A stretch of 64,000 nt of DNA from Macrostomum lignano. Taxonomy: Eukaryota. How positions within the stretch are numbered: position 1 is the stretch's first letter; each line of letters opens with the position of its first letter. The notes beneath the pieces are model-generated. The model made no database searches and was not told the DNA's origin. It worked only from the letters and a program-made list of their open reading frames with translations. Location of the stretch: contig NIVC01001170.1 in the NCBI GenBank assembly GCA_002269645.1, forward strand, positions 1 through 64,000. Reading direction: 5' to 3'. Position numbers and translations under genes: made by a program. This document shows, one piece after another, positions 12,550 to 24,100 of the stretch.

Positions 12550-12940
12550 GGCTAGTCATTTAGAGGTTGTAATGCTTGTCTTCTAATCAAGATTCGTGGG
12601 TTCGAATCCATCCATCCAAATTATAAGAATTCACTGCCGGGGCGCGGTCTAGCCTTTTTTGTAGAGTAAAACAAATTTTGTAGGAAAATTCACTTATTTT
12701 TACTGACAGTAGGCTAACGGCATTTGCATGTAATTATTGTCAAAAGCTTTTGCATCGTTTCGCAATCGCTTTGGTATGTTTAAATTGGCAATATTGACTG
12801 CGAGGAAAGTGGGCTAGCCAAGCCGAACGGTTACTTCGCTTGTGATCCATTGGTAAGATGCTTAACTTGAAATTAAGACAAGAGGGTTCGAATCCCTCCA
12901 AGCACCCCAAAATCGACTGTCGGCGCAATCTAGCCTTTTT
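12550..12940 (+). ncRNA. Two degenerate tRNA-like Pol III units in tandem (pseudo-tRNA or SINE heads)
   Basis: Each has GGTTCGAATCC, an anticodon-like hairpin, GGCTAG..CTAGCC ends and a T-run. The acceptor and D arms are imperfect. Confidence 0.4.
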
Positions 12941-15106
12941 GAAGTTCGATCACCACCTAACTGAATCTACGAATGATGATTTCGGACTTAATAGATAGAA
13001 TATCTCTAACCAAACAGAATTCAAGGTTACGAAAACGCAGTACTGTATACTGGCGTTGATTGTTCTAGTGCAAATTTTACTATTGCCGATATGTATCGTA
13101 ACAAACTTAACAAAGCGGAAATTACAAATTGCCACGTTTTAAGAATGTTGACAAATACGAGTAATTTTTGTATGTTAAATTTGTTGTTACGACATTTTTT
13201 ACTTTTAATATCTGCGAACTATAAAATTTACAATAATTCCTGATTCTTAAAAAATTACGAGTATATTCAAAGAAAGATTTATGATTTGTGGGTACATGTA
13301 AGTTCTTAAAATTTGTCACTGGGTCATGCCATCAGTTAAAGCATTTAGATAAGTAGCTTACACTCTTACTAACAGTAAACGGCTTGCAAACTTGTACATG
13401 TATTATGGCTTGCAGATTTATTTAAACAAATATATTTGGGGGCTTATTCATGAGACCAAAATTTCACAACGCCGAAAATTACGCTTTGTCCTTGCTACAT
13501 TAGGCTTTCTACGATGGCCGATCTTTCGGTACCTACACTGTATAGCGCAGATGATGCTCCTGCCCTTGACCAGCTTCGTACGGGGTGCAGCTTGGCCAAT
13601 TTTTCTGATAATTTACGTACATATAGTATTTCCCTGGCAGAATTGACACGTCCAGAGGGCCGGTCAGGTCTCGTTTTGCCGCTAACGGTCGACTCCAGTG
13701 CAACATTTGTAGGTTGGGCTTTTCCTAGTGTCATTCTTGCCTTTCAAATGGGAGTCATCGGTTATTACATGCATGTACTTGCCTCCTAGGGTGCCGGTGT
13801 TTGATGCTTCGTCACTGTCTTGGGCCTTCTGGACTGCATGTCGGGCGGGTTAGAGTGGATAGTGAATCTACGGATGATGCTTCTGGGGAAGCCATGAGTG
13901 CTGGCTGCTTCCCAGTGTGGACCTTCTCCATTTCGCTCAGTTTCGCTCAATATCAGGGCAGATCGGCCGTCCAGTTTAGCTTCGACCACACGAGGCGGGG
14001 GGCGTGCGTGGTTTGGTTATAGTCTGTCGGGGGCACGGCTGTCCTGGTTCGGACCAGCAGTAGCTTCTCGCGCCTCTATCGTTTGGTCTGCATGGTTGCC
14101 GCGAGAGCCGCTGTTGACGTACATGTACGTGTGGGCGCACGGAAGAGGTCCAGCGCCGGTTGAGGCGGCTGCAATTGAGGTGCGCGTGTCAGCCACAGGT
14201 CTGACATTCCGGGCCTCTGCCGGTCGAATTCTGCCGGTGCAACACCTGAGTTGGTTTCGATGCCTCCAGCCAGTAAAATTCGCGTACACGAGGTAGAGTG
14301 CAGCAGTTTTAGGGGTTCACCGTGAGTTCCCGGGAAGCGTATGCGTGATGTGTGTGCACCTGCGAAATGGCTAAATCAGCTGTCTGGGCTAAATCAGCTG
14401 CCGCTTCTCAGCTGCCACAATGGTTTTCGGCCCGGCAGATTTACCACTGAGCAAGTTGCAGCCATCCGGTGCATTTTCGAAACCTGCAAGACGCGCACTT
14501 AGCGCTCCATAGTGATAAAGTTTGACTTTTGCCAAGCCTTCGGCTGACTGACTGACCAGCAATTCCGCGAATTCTCTCCTACCACGGCGTTCCCTCGAAA
14601 TTCTATGATGGATCTGTACAAGCGACAGCCCTACTGAGGATTTCAGCACATGTATTAAAGGAAAGACCAATACAAATGAGATACTATTGAATAGCTACAG
14701 TAGAAAACTAAAGTAAAACAAATTGACGGATTATCATTTCACTGTTCACTACCAATTTAAAATAAAAAGTCCATTTAGACAAGACAAAATGCGCATTTTG
14801 GGTATGCATATGCCAAAAGATAATGTATTAGGTGTTATATTTTTAAACGTGCTTTCAAAAGACATTGATTTTGCTCCTTCGGCGAAAACTTGATTTCAAT
14901 ACTCGTAAAGTGCTCTTAACCCGTTCGAAAAAAACTGGAAATTCTCGGGATGTTTTGAGTAAAGTAAAATCTACGAGAGTTGGGGACCTCACACCAAATT
15001 AACAAGTTGAGACGGGGCAGTAGCACTAAATAGTTTTAATAAGTTTCAACAAAAACTGCATCTGTGTTAAACTGTTCAAATCATCTTTATTTAAATAGAC
15101 TCAAAT

Positions 15107-18100
15107 TCACTCGGAAAATCCGTTCGCCTCAGAAACAAACTGCGTTGCACCGCCCAGGTCGAAACCGCTGCTCGAGCCGAAGCTGTTCTGACTCGACGAT
15201 TGCCGTCTGGGGGCTTGCTTGGCCTTCCGGGAGCGCTTCTCCTTCGTCAATCCACTCTTCCTCGCTTTGCGGGCCCGTTTCCTGCCACTCCTAGGCTTAC
15301 GGGCGCCACGTCTCTTTCTGTTCTTTCTAGCCTTGCGACCACGTCTCTTGTTGTTCTTTCTGGCCTTGCGGCCACGTCTCTTGTTGTTCTTTCTAGCCTT
15401 GCGACCACGTCTCTTGTTGTTCTTTCTGGCCTTGCGAGCGCGTCTCTTTCTGTTCTTTCTAGCCTTGCGACCACGTCTCTTGTTGTTCTTTCTGGCCTTG
15501 CGACCCCGTCTCTTGTTGTTCTTTCTGGCCTTGCGACCACGTCTCTTGTTGTTCTTTCTGGCCTTGCGGCCACGTCTCTTGTTGTTCTTTCTAGCCTTGC
15601 GACCACGTCTCTTGTTGTTCTTTCTGGCCTTGCGAGCGCGTCTCTTTCTGTTCTTTCTAGCCTTGCGACCACGTCTCTTGTTGTTCTTTCTGGCCTTGCG
15701 ACCCGTCTCTTGTTGTTCTTTCTGGCCTTGCGACCACGTCTCTTGTTGTTCTTTCTAGCCTTGCGGCCACGTCTCTTGTTGTTCTTTCTACCCTTGCGAC
15801 CACGTCTCTTGTTGTTCTTTCTGGCCTTGCGACCACGTCTCTTGTTCTTTCTGGCCTTGCGGCCACGTCTCTTGTTGTTCTTTCTGGCCTTGCGAGCGCG
15901 TCTCTTGTTGTTCTTTCTGGCCTTGCGACCACGTCTCTTGTTCTTTCTGGCCTTGCGGCCACGTCTCTTGTTGTTCTTTCTGGCCTTGCGAGCGCGTCTC
16001 TTTCTGTTCTTTCTGGCCTTGCGACCACGTCTCTTGTTGTTCTTTCTGGCCTTGCGGCCACGTCTCTTGTTCTTTCTGGCCTTGCGAGCGCGTCTCTTTC
16101 TGTTCTTTCTGGCCTTGCGACCACGTCTCTTGTTGTTCTTTCTGGCCTTGCGGCCACGTCTCTTATTGTTCTTTCTGGCCTTGCGAGCGCGTCTCTTTCT
16201 GTTCTTTCTGGCCTTGCGGCCACGTCTCTTGTTGTTCTTTCTGGCCTTGCGGACACGTCTCTTGTTGTTCTTTCTGGCCTTGCGAGCGCGTCTCTTTCTG
16301 TTCTTTCTGGCCTTGCGGCCACGTCTCTTGTTGTTCTTTCTGGCCTTGCGGCCACGTCTCTTTCTGTTCTTTCTGGCCTTGCGGCCACGTCTCTTGTTCT
16401 TTCTGGCCTTGCGAGCGCGTCTTTTTCTGTTCTTTCTGGCCTTGCGGCCACGTCTCTTGTTCTTTCTGGCCTTGCGAGCGCGTCTTTTTCTGTTCTTTCT
16501 GGCCTTGCGGCCACGTCTCTTGTTGTTCTTTCTGGCCTTGCGAGCGCGTCTCTTTCTGTTCTTTCTGGCCTTACGAGAGCGTCTCTTTCTGTTCTTTCTG
16601 GCCTTGCGGCCACGTCTCTTTCTGTTCTTTCTGGCCTTGCGACCACGTCTCTTATTGTTCTTTCTGGCCTTGCGAGCGCGTCTCTTTCTGTTCTTTCTGG
16701 CCTTGCGGCCACGTCTCTTGTTGTTCTTTCTGGCCTTGCGGACACGTCTCTTGTTGTTCTTTCTGGCCTTGCGAGCGCGTCTCTTTCTGTTCTTTCTGGC
16801 CTTGCGGCCACGTCTCTTGTTGTTCTTTCTGGCCTTGCGGCCACGTCTCTTTCTGTTCTTTCTGGCCTTGCGGCCACGTCTCTTGTTCTTTCTGGCCTTG
16901 CGAGCGCGTCTTTTTCTGTTCTTTCTGGCCTTGCGGCCACGTCTCTTGTTCTTTCTGGCCTTGCGAGCGCGTCTTTTCTGTTCTTTCTGGCCTTGCGGCC
17001 ACGTCTCTTGTTGTTCTTTCTGGCCTTGCGAGCGCGTCTCTTTCTGTTCTTTCTGGCCTTACGAGAGCGTCTCTTTCTGTTCTTTCTGGCCTTGCGGCCA
17101 CGTCTCTTTCTGTTCTTTCTGGCCTTGCGACCACGTCCCTTGTTCTTTCTGGCCTTGCGGCCACGTCTCTTTCTGTTCTTTCTGGCCTTGCGACCACGTC
17201 TCTTTCTGTTCTTTCTGGCCTTGCGGCCACGTCTCTTGTTGTTCTTTCTGGCCTTGCGGCCACGTCTCTTTCTGTTCTTTCTGGCCTTGCGGCCACGTCT
17301 CTTGTTCTTTCTGGCCTTGCGAGCGCGTCTCTTTCTGTTCTTTCTGGCCTTACGAGAGCGTCTCTTTCTGTTCTTTCTGGCCTTGCTAGCGCGTCTTCTT
17401 CTGTTCTTTCTGGCCTTGCGAGCGCGTCTTCTTCTGTTCTTTCTGGCCTTGCGAGCGCGTCTTCTTCTGTTCTTTCTGGCCTTACGAGCGCGTCTCTTTC
17501 TGTTCTTTCTGGCCTTACGAGAGCGTCTCTTTCTGTTCTTTCTGGCCTTGCTAGCGCGTCTTCTTCTGTTCTTTCTGGCCTTGCGAGCGCGTCTTCTTCT
17601 GTTCTTTCTGGCCTTGCGACCACGTCTCTTTCTGTTCTTTCTGGCCTTACGAGGGCGTCTCTTGTTGTTCTTTCTAGCCTTGCGACCACGTCTCTTGTTA
17701 AATTTCTTAGCTTTTGGTTTGGTCACAGCGATATATTTTGTAGGCACTTTTTTTGGTATGCAGCTACCATTCTTGGCGACGTAGCCCTTTAGGCACTTGC
17801 ACTTGTAGGAGCCGATCTTGTTGATGCAGATCGCATTCGGGTCGCAGCGATCTTTTCCGCCGCAGCACTCGTCGATGTCTTTGCAAACAAAGCCGTTGCC
17901 GCGGAAGCCCTTCTTGCACTTGCACCTGTAGCTGCCTCTCTTATTGATGCACCTGGCGTTTCGGCTGCACCTGTGCTTGCCCTCCCTGCACTCGTTGACA
18001 TCGACGCACTGGCCGCTCATCATTCGGTAGCCGGATTTGCACCGGCAGGAGAAGGAGCCCGGCGTGTTCTTGCAGTCGGCGCCTCTCGGACACGGAAATT

Positions 18101-21100
18101 TCTTATTGGCGCACTCGTCAACATCCGTGCAGGTGAAGCCGTCGCCCATGTACCCGGCTGAAGTGTGGTAAGTTGAAATATTAAATTTGTGAGTTACTAC
18201 TTATTTTATTTCAAGAGGGTGCTATTATAAGTAATATCGTTGGATTTCAAGCCGACTTTTTTCTGCTTCTTGTCATACCTTCGATGCCTAATGATTTTTT
18301 TTCCTTTTCTATCATAGCCTTATCGTGTCAGCTCATAAAAATTAGCAAACATTAATTCAGTGAGAATTTATCACAAATTTTATGGTTGAGCCACTTGTTT
18401 TAATGATTTGATTAAAATTTAAAGCAACATAAATTCTCTTCGCATTTAGATTGCTGGGCCATAATAATACCGTGGAATAATTTTTGGAAAATGATGAAAA
18501 TTCTGCATCAAGGAAATATCTAAGGCCTGAAGTGGATTAGCGTTGTCGATTTGTAAGCGATAAGCACTATTTCATATCAGTTTGCGTCAGTGACATTATA
18601 TAATCTTGTTTTCATTTATGTTTTTTGTATGAGTATCAGGTCCTTTTATTGAATATAGAGTACTTAAACGATTGTTTTCAAGCTTCAACAAAAACAAAGC
18701 GTCGTTTTGCATAGATAAAAATCATACTGTAGAGCTAATAAATCTTATTAATACTGACCCTTGCAACGGCAGGTGTAGCCAGACTTGCGATCAATGCAGA
18801 CGGCATTCTTGGAGCACTTGGCCGTGCCGTCGCGGCACTCGTTCACTTCGATGCGTTTGCAAGTGTTGTAACCGTCTCCTCTGTAGCCCTTGTTGCAGCG
18901 GCAGGTGTAGGAGCCCAGAGTGTTGTGACACCTGGCGTCTTTGTGGCAACGATAAGTTCCGGCCTTGCACTCGTCAATGTCTGGATTTAGGGACAAAGAT
19001 TCGAATAAGTTTATTTGTGGTAGACATTTTTCAGAAAGACACAGAAAACTTTCATATATTGCAATTTCAAATCGACAAACCTCTGCAACTCTTTCCGTTG
19101 CCTCTGAAGCCGGGGTTGCACTTGCAATCGTAGCCGTCGTTCCTCTGGATGCATCTCGCGTACCGGCTGCACTTGTGCGTGCCATCGGCACACTGCCGTC
19201 TGTTGATGCATGTTCGTCCGTTGCCATAGAAACCGGGCTTGCAGCGACAGCGATAGGAGCCAGGTGTGTTGATGCACTGAGCAAAACGGTGACAGCGGTC
19301 CTTGCCCTCGGCGCATTCGTTAATGTCGCGGCAGACTTTGCCGTTACCGCGGTAGCCCTTGCGGCAGCGGCAAGTGTAAGAGCCGGGCGTGTTTCGGCAG
19401 TCGGCCTTGCGCGAGCAGCGGTTGGTGCCCAGGCGGCATTCGTCCACATCGGCACAGTTGTATCCATTGCCGCGGAATCCTCGTCGGCATCGGCAGGTGT
19501 AGCCTCCCGCCTTGTTCCGGCAGCTGGCGTTGGGGTCACAGCGATCGCGGCCGGTGCGGCACTCGTCAATGTCGGTGCAAACAAAGCCGTTCCCACGGTA
19601 GCCAGGTTTGCAGCGGCAGGAATAGCTGCCTCGTTTGTTGATACAATCGGCCTTGCCGCGGCTGCATTTGTGCTTGCCCAGCTTGCACTCATTCACGTCC
19701 TTGCAGGTGTAGCCGTCTCCATAGTAACCGCGTCGGCAACGGCAAGTGTAGCCAGTCTTCGTGTCCTTGCAATCGGCGTTCTTATGGCATCGAGCTTTAC
19801 CGCTAGCGCATCTCACAACTGGTTTCTTGCGCGGCTTTTTCACTGAGCGACGTTTGACAACGCGCTTCGGCTTCCTGCGACGTCTGCGTGTCTTTGGCTT
19901 CTTGGGGTTGCGACGTCTGCGACACTGGCGTCCATCACCAACAAACGGCGCTCGGCAGGCGCACTTGTAGCCTCCTGTTCTGTTCACACAGCGAGCCCGC
20001 TTACGGCTGCAGGTATGCGTGCCAAGGCGGCACTCGTTTACATCGCGGCACTGTCGACCATTGCCTGGCGAATTGAACAAACATTTGTTATAAATGTGTA
20101 GAAAAGTCGTGCACCAACGTCTAAATTGTATTTTCTACTTTTTTTACAATGAATACTATTAAAAACCGAAAGCAATAAGCAAGAAATCACAAGAACACCA
20201 CATTACCCGTGTATCCATCGCGGCACCGACACGCGTACGAGCCGACCTTATTGATGCAATCCGCCAGCTTGTGACAGCGGTCGGATCCATCGGCGCACTC
20301 GTCAACATCGCGGCAGGTGCGACCGTCGCCGCGGAATCCGCGCCGACAGGTGCAGTTGTAAGCGCCGGGCGTGTCGATGCAGTCGGCATTGGCGCTGCAT
20401 CGCGCCTCGCCAGTCGCGCACTCATTGACATTCTCGCATACGATGCCGTCGCCAGCGTAGCCTTGACGACAGACGCAGCGGAAAGAGCCAGGGGTGTTGA
20501 TGCAATCAGCGTTAACTGAGCACGTCTTGCAGCCGCTGCTGCACTCGTTGATGTCCTCGCAGAGGCGGCGACCGTCACCGCGGTAGCCTTCCTTGCAGCG
20601 GCAGGCGTATTCGCCGCCGGGCAAGTCAACACAGACGGCATCCCTGTGGCACCTGGCCTGACCAGATGAGCAGGCGCTCTTAGCTTTGCAGACCAGCCGG
20701 CCATCGCCTTCGTAGTTCTTGTTGCACACGCAGCCGTAGGAGCCCTGAAAATTTCGATGAGTAATAAGACCAAGTGAGGTGTAAATTAATCTTGCTTCTA
20801 GACTGAGTTCTAAGCCAAACCTATCGCACCACACCAGAAAAATATGCCAAGCTAAATTTCAGAGATCACGTTACAGTCTTCGACACTCACCGGTGTATTG
20901 ATGCACCTGGCATCCCGGTGGCAACGATGCTTGCCAGTCTTGCACTCGTTCACATCCTCGCACCGGCCGTCATCACCCGTGGGAGCGTAGCCCGACTTGC
21001 ACTTGCATTTGTAGCCTCGCGCGTTACTGTCGCTTTCTTTGCATACACCGTGGGATCCGCAAACTTTAGGATTCTTCTCGCAAGCGCTCTTCTTTTCGGC

Positions 21101-24100
21101 AACAGGCTTGCAACTTCGCTTACCGTCGCCACTGTAGCCAGAGCGACAGCGACAGACGAACGACCCGGGTGTGTTGCGGCATTTAGCGTTCCGATGGCAG
21201 GGCGACTTCTTAGCGGCGCACTCGTCAATGTCGCGACAGCGGCTTCCGTAGGCTTTGCCGGCGTATCCGCGCTTGCAGAAGCAGCCGCGCCGACCTTTGC
21301 CCAACCGGCAGGCGGCGTTCTTAGAGCAGCGTCTGAGGCGGCTGGACTTGATTCTTCTCCGGCCCATGCATTTGTAAGCTTTGGTGCAGTCATCGGAGAC
21401 CCAGGCGGCGCCAGCCTTACGGTAACGGCCCTTCTCGTCAATGCAGCCGCAGTCGCCGCTTCGCACGCAGTTCCGGCCGCTAAGCACGTAGCCGCGTCGG
21501 CAGACGCAGCCCTCTTGGTTGGTCAACGGGCACTGGGTGCGCGGTACGGCGTTGACGCGGCAGGTCTTCTGGCACGATGGCGTGTTGAAGCTGTAGCGCG
21601 AATTGGCCGGACACTTCATGGCTGAAAAAATGAAATAAGGTTTGCATCACTTTTCAAAAGGCTCTCGATAGTTAGTCAAGGTTTATGCCGGTACTGTGTT
21701 TGCAGTCACGGGCAGACACTTCACTATTAAAGCCACAGTGGCTTTGAATTCTATAGTCGCTAGGCATGCAAAAAGTAACAGTTTTTCGGGGTGGGGTTGA
21801 TTCTGTGAGTTTTTCGACGTAATATCGCTGCCAACAAGTTTTTCAATCGCTTTGTCGATAGTACTATTTTGCAACACAGCCAGCATAAACTATAGGGTTA
21901 GCTACATGAAAATAGAATTAAGACAAGACTCACGGCAGCCGTAGTAAGATCTCCATCTGGCGCGGTAGCCAGCCGAGGCGCACTCGTCGGCGATGGCCTC
22001 AAGTACGCGGCAGACGGTGCGCTTGGCGGCCTTCGGCTGTTTCAGCTGAGCGCAGACATCGTAACTGCATGAGCTGCTCGGATGAAAACGTGGGAGAAAC
22101 GTGTTGAAGGTGAGTTTCAGTTAGGACTAGAAGGTTAACTTTCACAACCTTTATTACCATAGGAAGTTGGCCTCACCTAAGATAGCCTGAGAAGTCCACC
22201 TTGCTTCGAGAGATGCACTTTGCGAATGGCCCAGCCCGATCTTTGATGGCACCGCACAGCCGGCTGCCGCGGATTCGCTTCAGCTGGCTGGCGCTGCACT
22301 CCGGGAAGTAGTCATTCTCGTCCGAGCAGGTATCGCCCCGGGCCTTCAATTTTTTGTCTCGCTTCTCGTCCGGCACGCGGTAGGAGTTGCCAACCAGAGC
22401 GAATTTGTTCGGCCGCTGGCTGACGTCCTCGCCAGTTCGGGTGGTGTAATCGTCCCGTTTGCCGTTGCAGTCGCCGCAGATGCCGGACATTCGACCGGCA
22501 TAGGCCGGCTTAACCATGATGATTGCGGTGGCGCGGCCGTTGAAGCTTACCTGAAGTCAGGGTTTTAGCACAAAAACATGTACGAGTATATACTCGTATT
22601 ACGCCATGGAACAAGTGCTTTCAAAAGGGGTACCATGGAAGTGGGAGATTTATCCCACTAGCTAACTTCAATTAATTTTCATTCCTTTTGTACATCAATC
22701 GTGTTCGCCATTCAGTCGATGTTGGTGTGCAGAAAAGAGAAGGAAATTATTGTTTTAGACTCGATTGGTAGATCGATATTGAAAGTGGCACCTGGAAAAT
22801 TTGCTATTTGTGCATCGCCCTGATTTCGGTCAAAGAGGCGCCCAATAAATGTAATACGTTAGACCGCTTTCTCGAAGTGCGCCTTCTGTCTCACCTTAAC
22901 GCCGCACTGAGCCGAGTAGAGCGACACATAGGGACCGTCTAGGAACACGTTGTATCCGCCGCCCAGATTCCTGACCGGCAGAGATCGCCTCTCTCCATCG
23001 ATAAGCACCCGCCTGTCCTGGCCAAGCTGCACCGTGTGCTTGCCGACTCGGGCTTCGACGAACTTCGTCCAGCTGACTGACTTCAACGAAGTCGAACGGT
23101 GCTTTCGGCGTCTTAGGCCTTCACGGCTCACGACGTGGTTGCGCACTCGGACGTCGAACTGGCATGGGCTGGAGGCTCCGTTCGGGCTGTCCAGCTGAGT
23201 CAGGGTGTAGGTGCACTTACCCATGAAGTGGATCCACTGGCCATCGTAGGTTCGATAATGGGGGTCACCGGAGGCCACGCAGGTGCAGGGCTCTGAATAG
23301 GTAATAAAATTTAAATGTAATTATTTTAATTTACTGCTGATACTTTATAATGTACATCTTCAAAGTATTGACTAGACTCAGCATGTGAAACGTAAGTCAA
23401 GCAATGCCATTGATGATTGATGATTAAAACTAAAAGTGACGCTTTGTACGAGCTATGTGTTCCAGAAATTGCAGTTTTCATTGTTTTCACTGTTTCTGCT
23501 GGCAGTGGCTGCTAATTTTAATAAACCTGCCTAGGCTGCCTGGCTATTAGATTTGAGAATAGATACCGGACTAGAGACTACTGGTGGTTAGACTGTATCA
23601 AGAAAAAAGCACGTGACAAAATAATTGTACAAATAGCTGGCTTAATGTACATGTACATCTGTTGGCTTGCGAAGCAATCGGATGGCAGATTTGGTAATGG
23701 AAAAACTGAAAGGAATGGGGTCCGTCCGGCTGATAGGCCGCGGGCCACAGACACTTAATTGGCCTTAGAGTGCCCTGACTATACGAAAAGAAAGACAGTT
23801 GAACTTGACTTGCAGACGTAAACAACTTGCCATTAGTTCAGCGTAATGTACATCATCAGCGCTCACTGAAAATGTACAAAGCAGCTTTGGGCTGAAAATA
23901 GGGGAGGGCAATAAAAATTAGGGCGGGCGGGGGTAGGAAAGACGCGGTCGGAGGGGTTAAGCTAGGAAGTTGAGTCTCGTAAAATGAAATAATTTCACTT
24001 TTTTTTGAACTGATCTATCCTTACTTGCAGTTGCAATGTACTGAAAGGGTCTATATCTGGGTAAGCTAGTTAAAACAAAAAAGGAACTCACTTCTGCAGC

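Noticed and set aside
15200-17784. + strand LLFFLALRP ORFs and - strand ARPERT ORFs
   Set aside because: They are alternative frames of KR-B; the frame switches coincide with the two homopolymer indels.
18748-22517. RGD motifs in three EGFs and the vWD-C8 linker
   Set aside because: GxxGDG is EGF consensus and the protein is Arg-rich, so RGD is expected by chance. These positions are not known integrin-binding loops.
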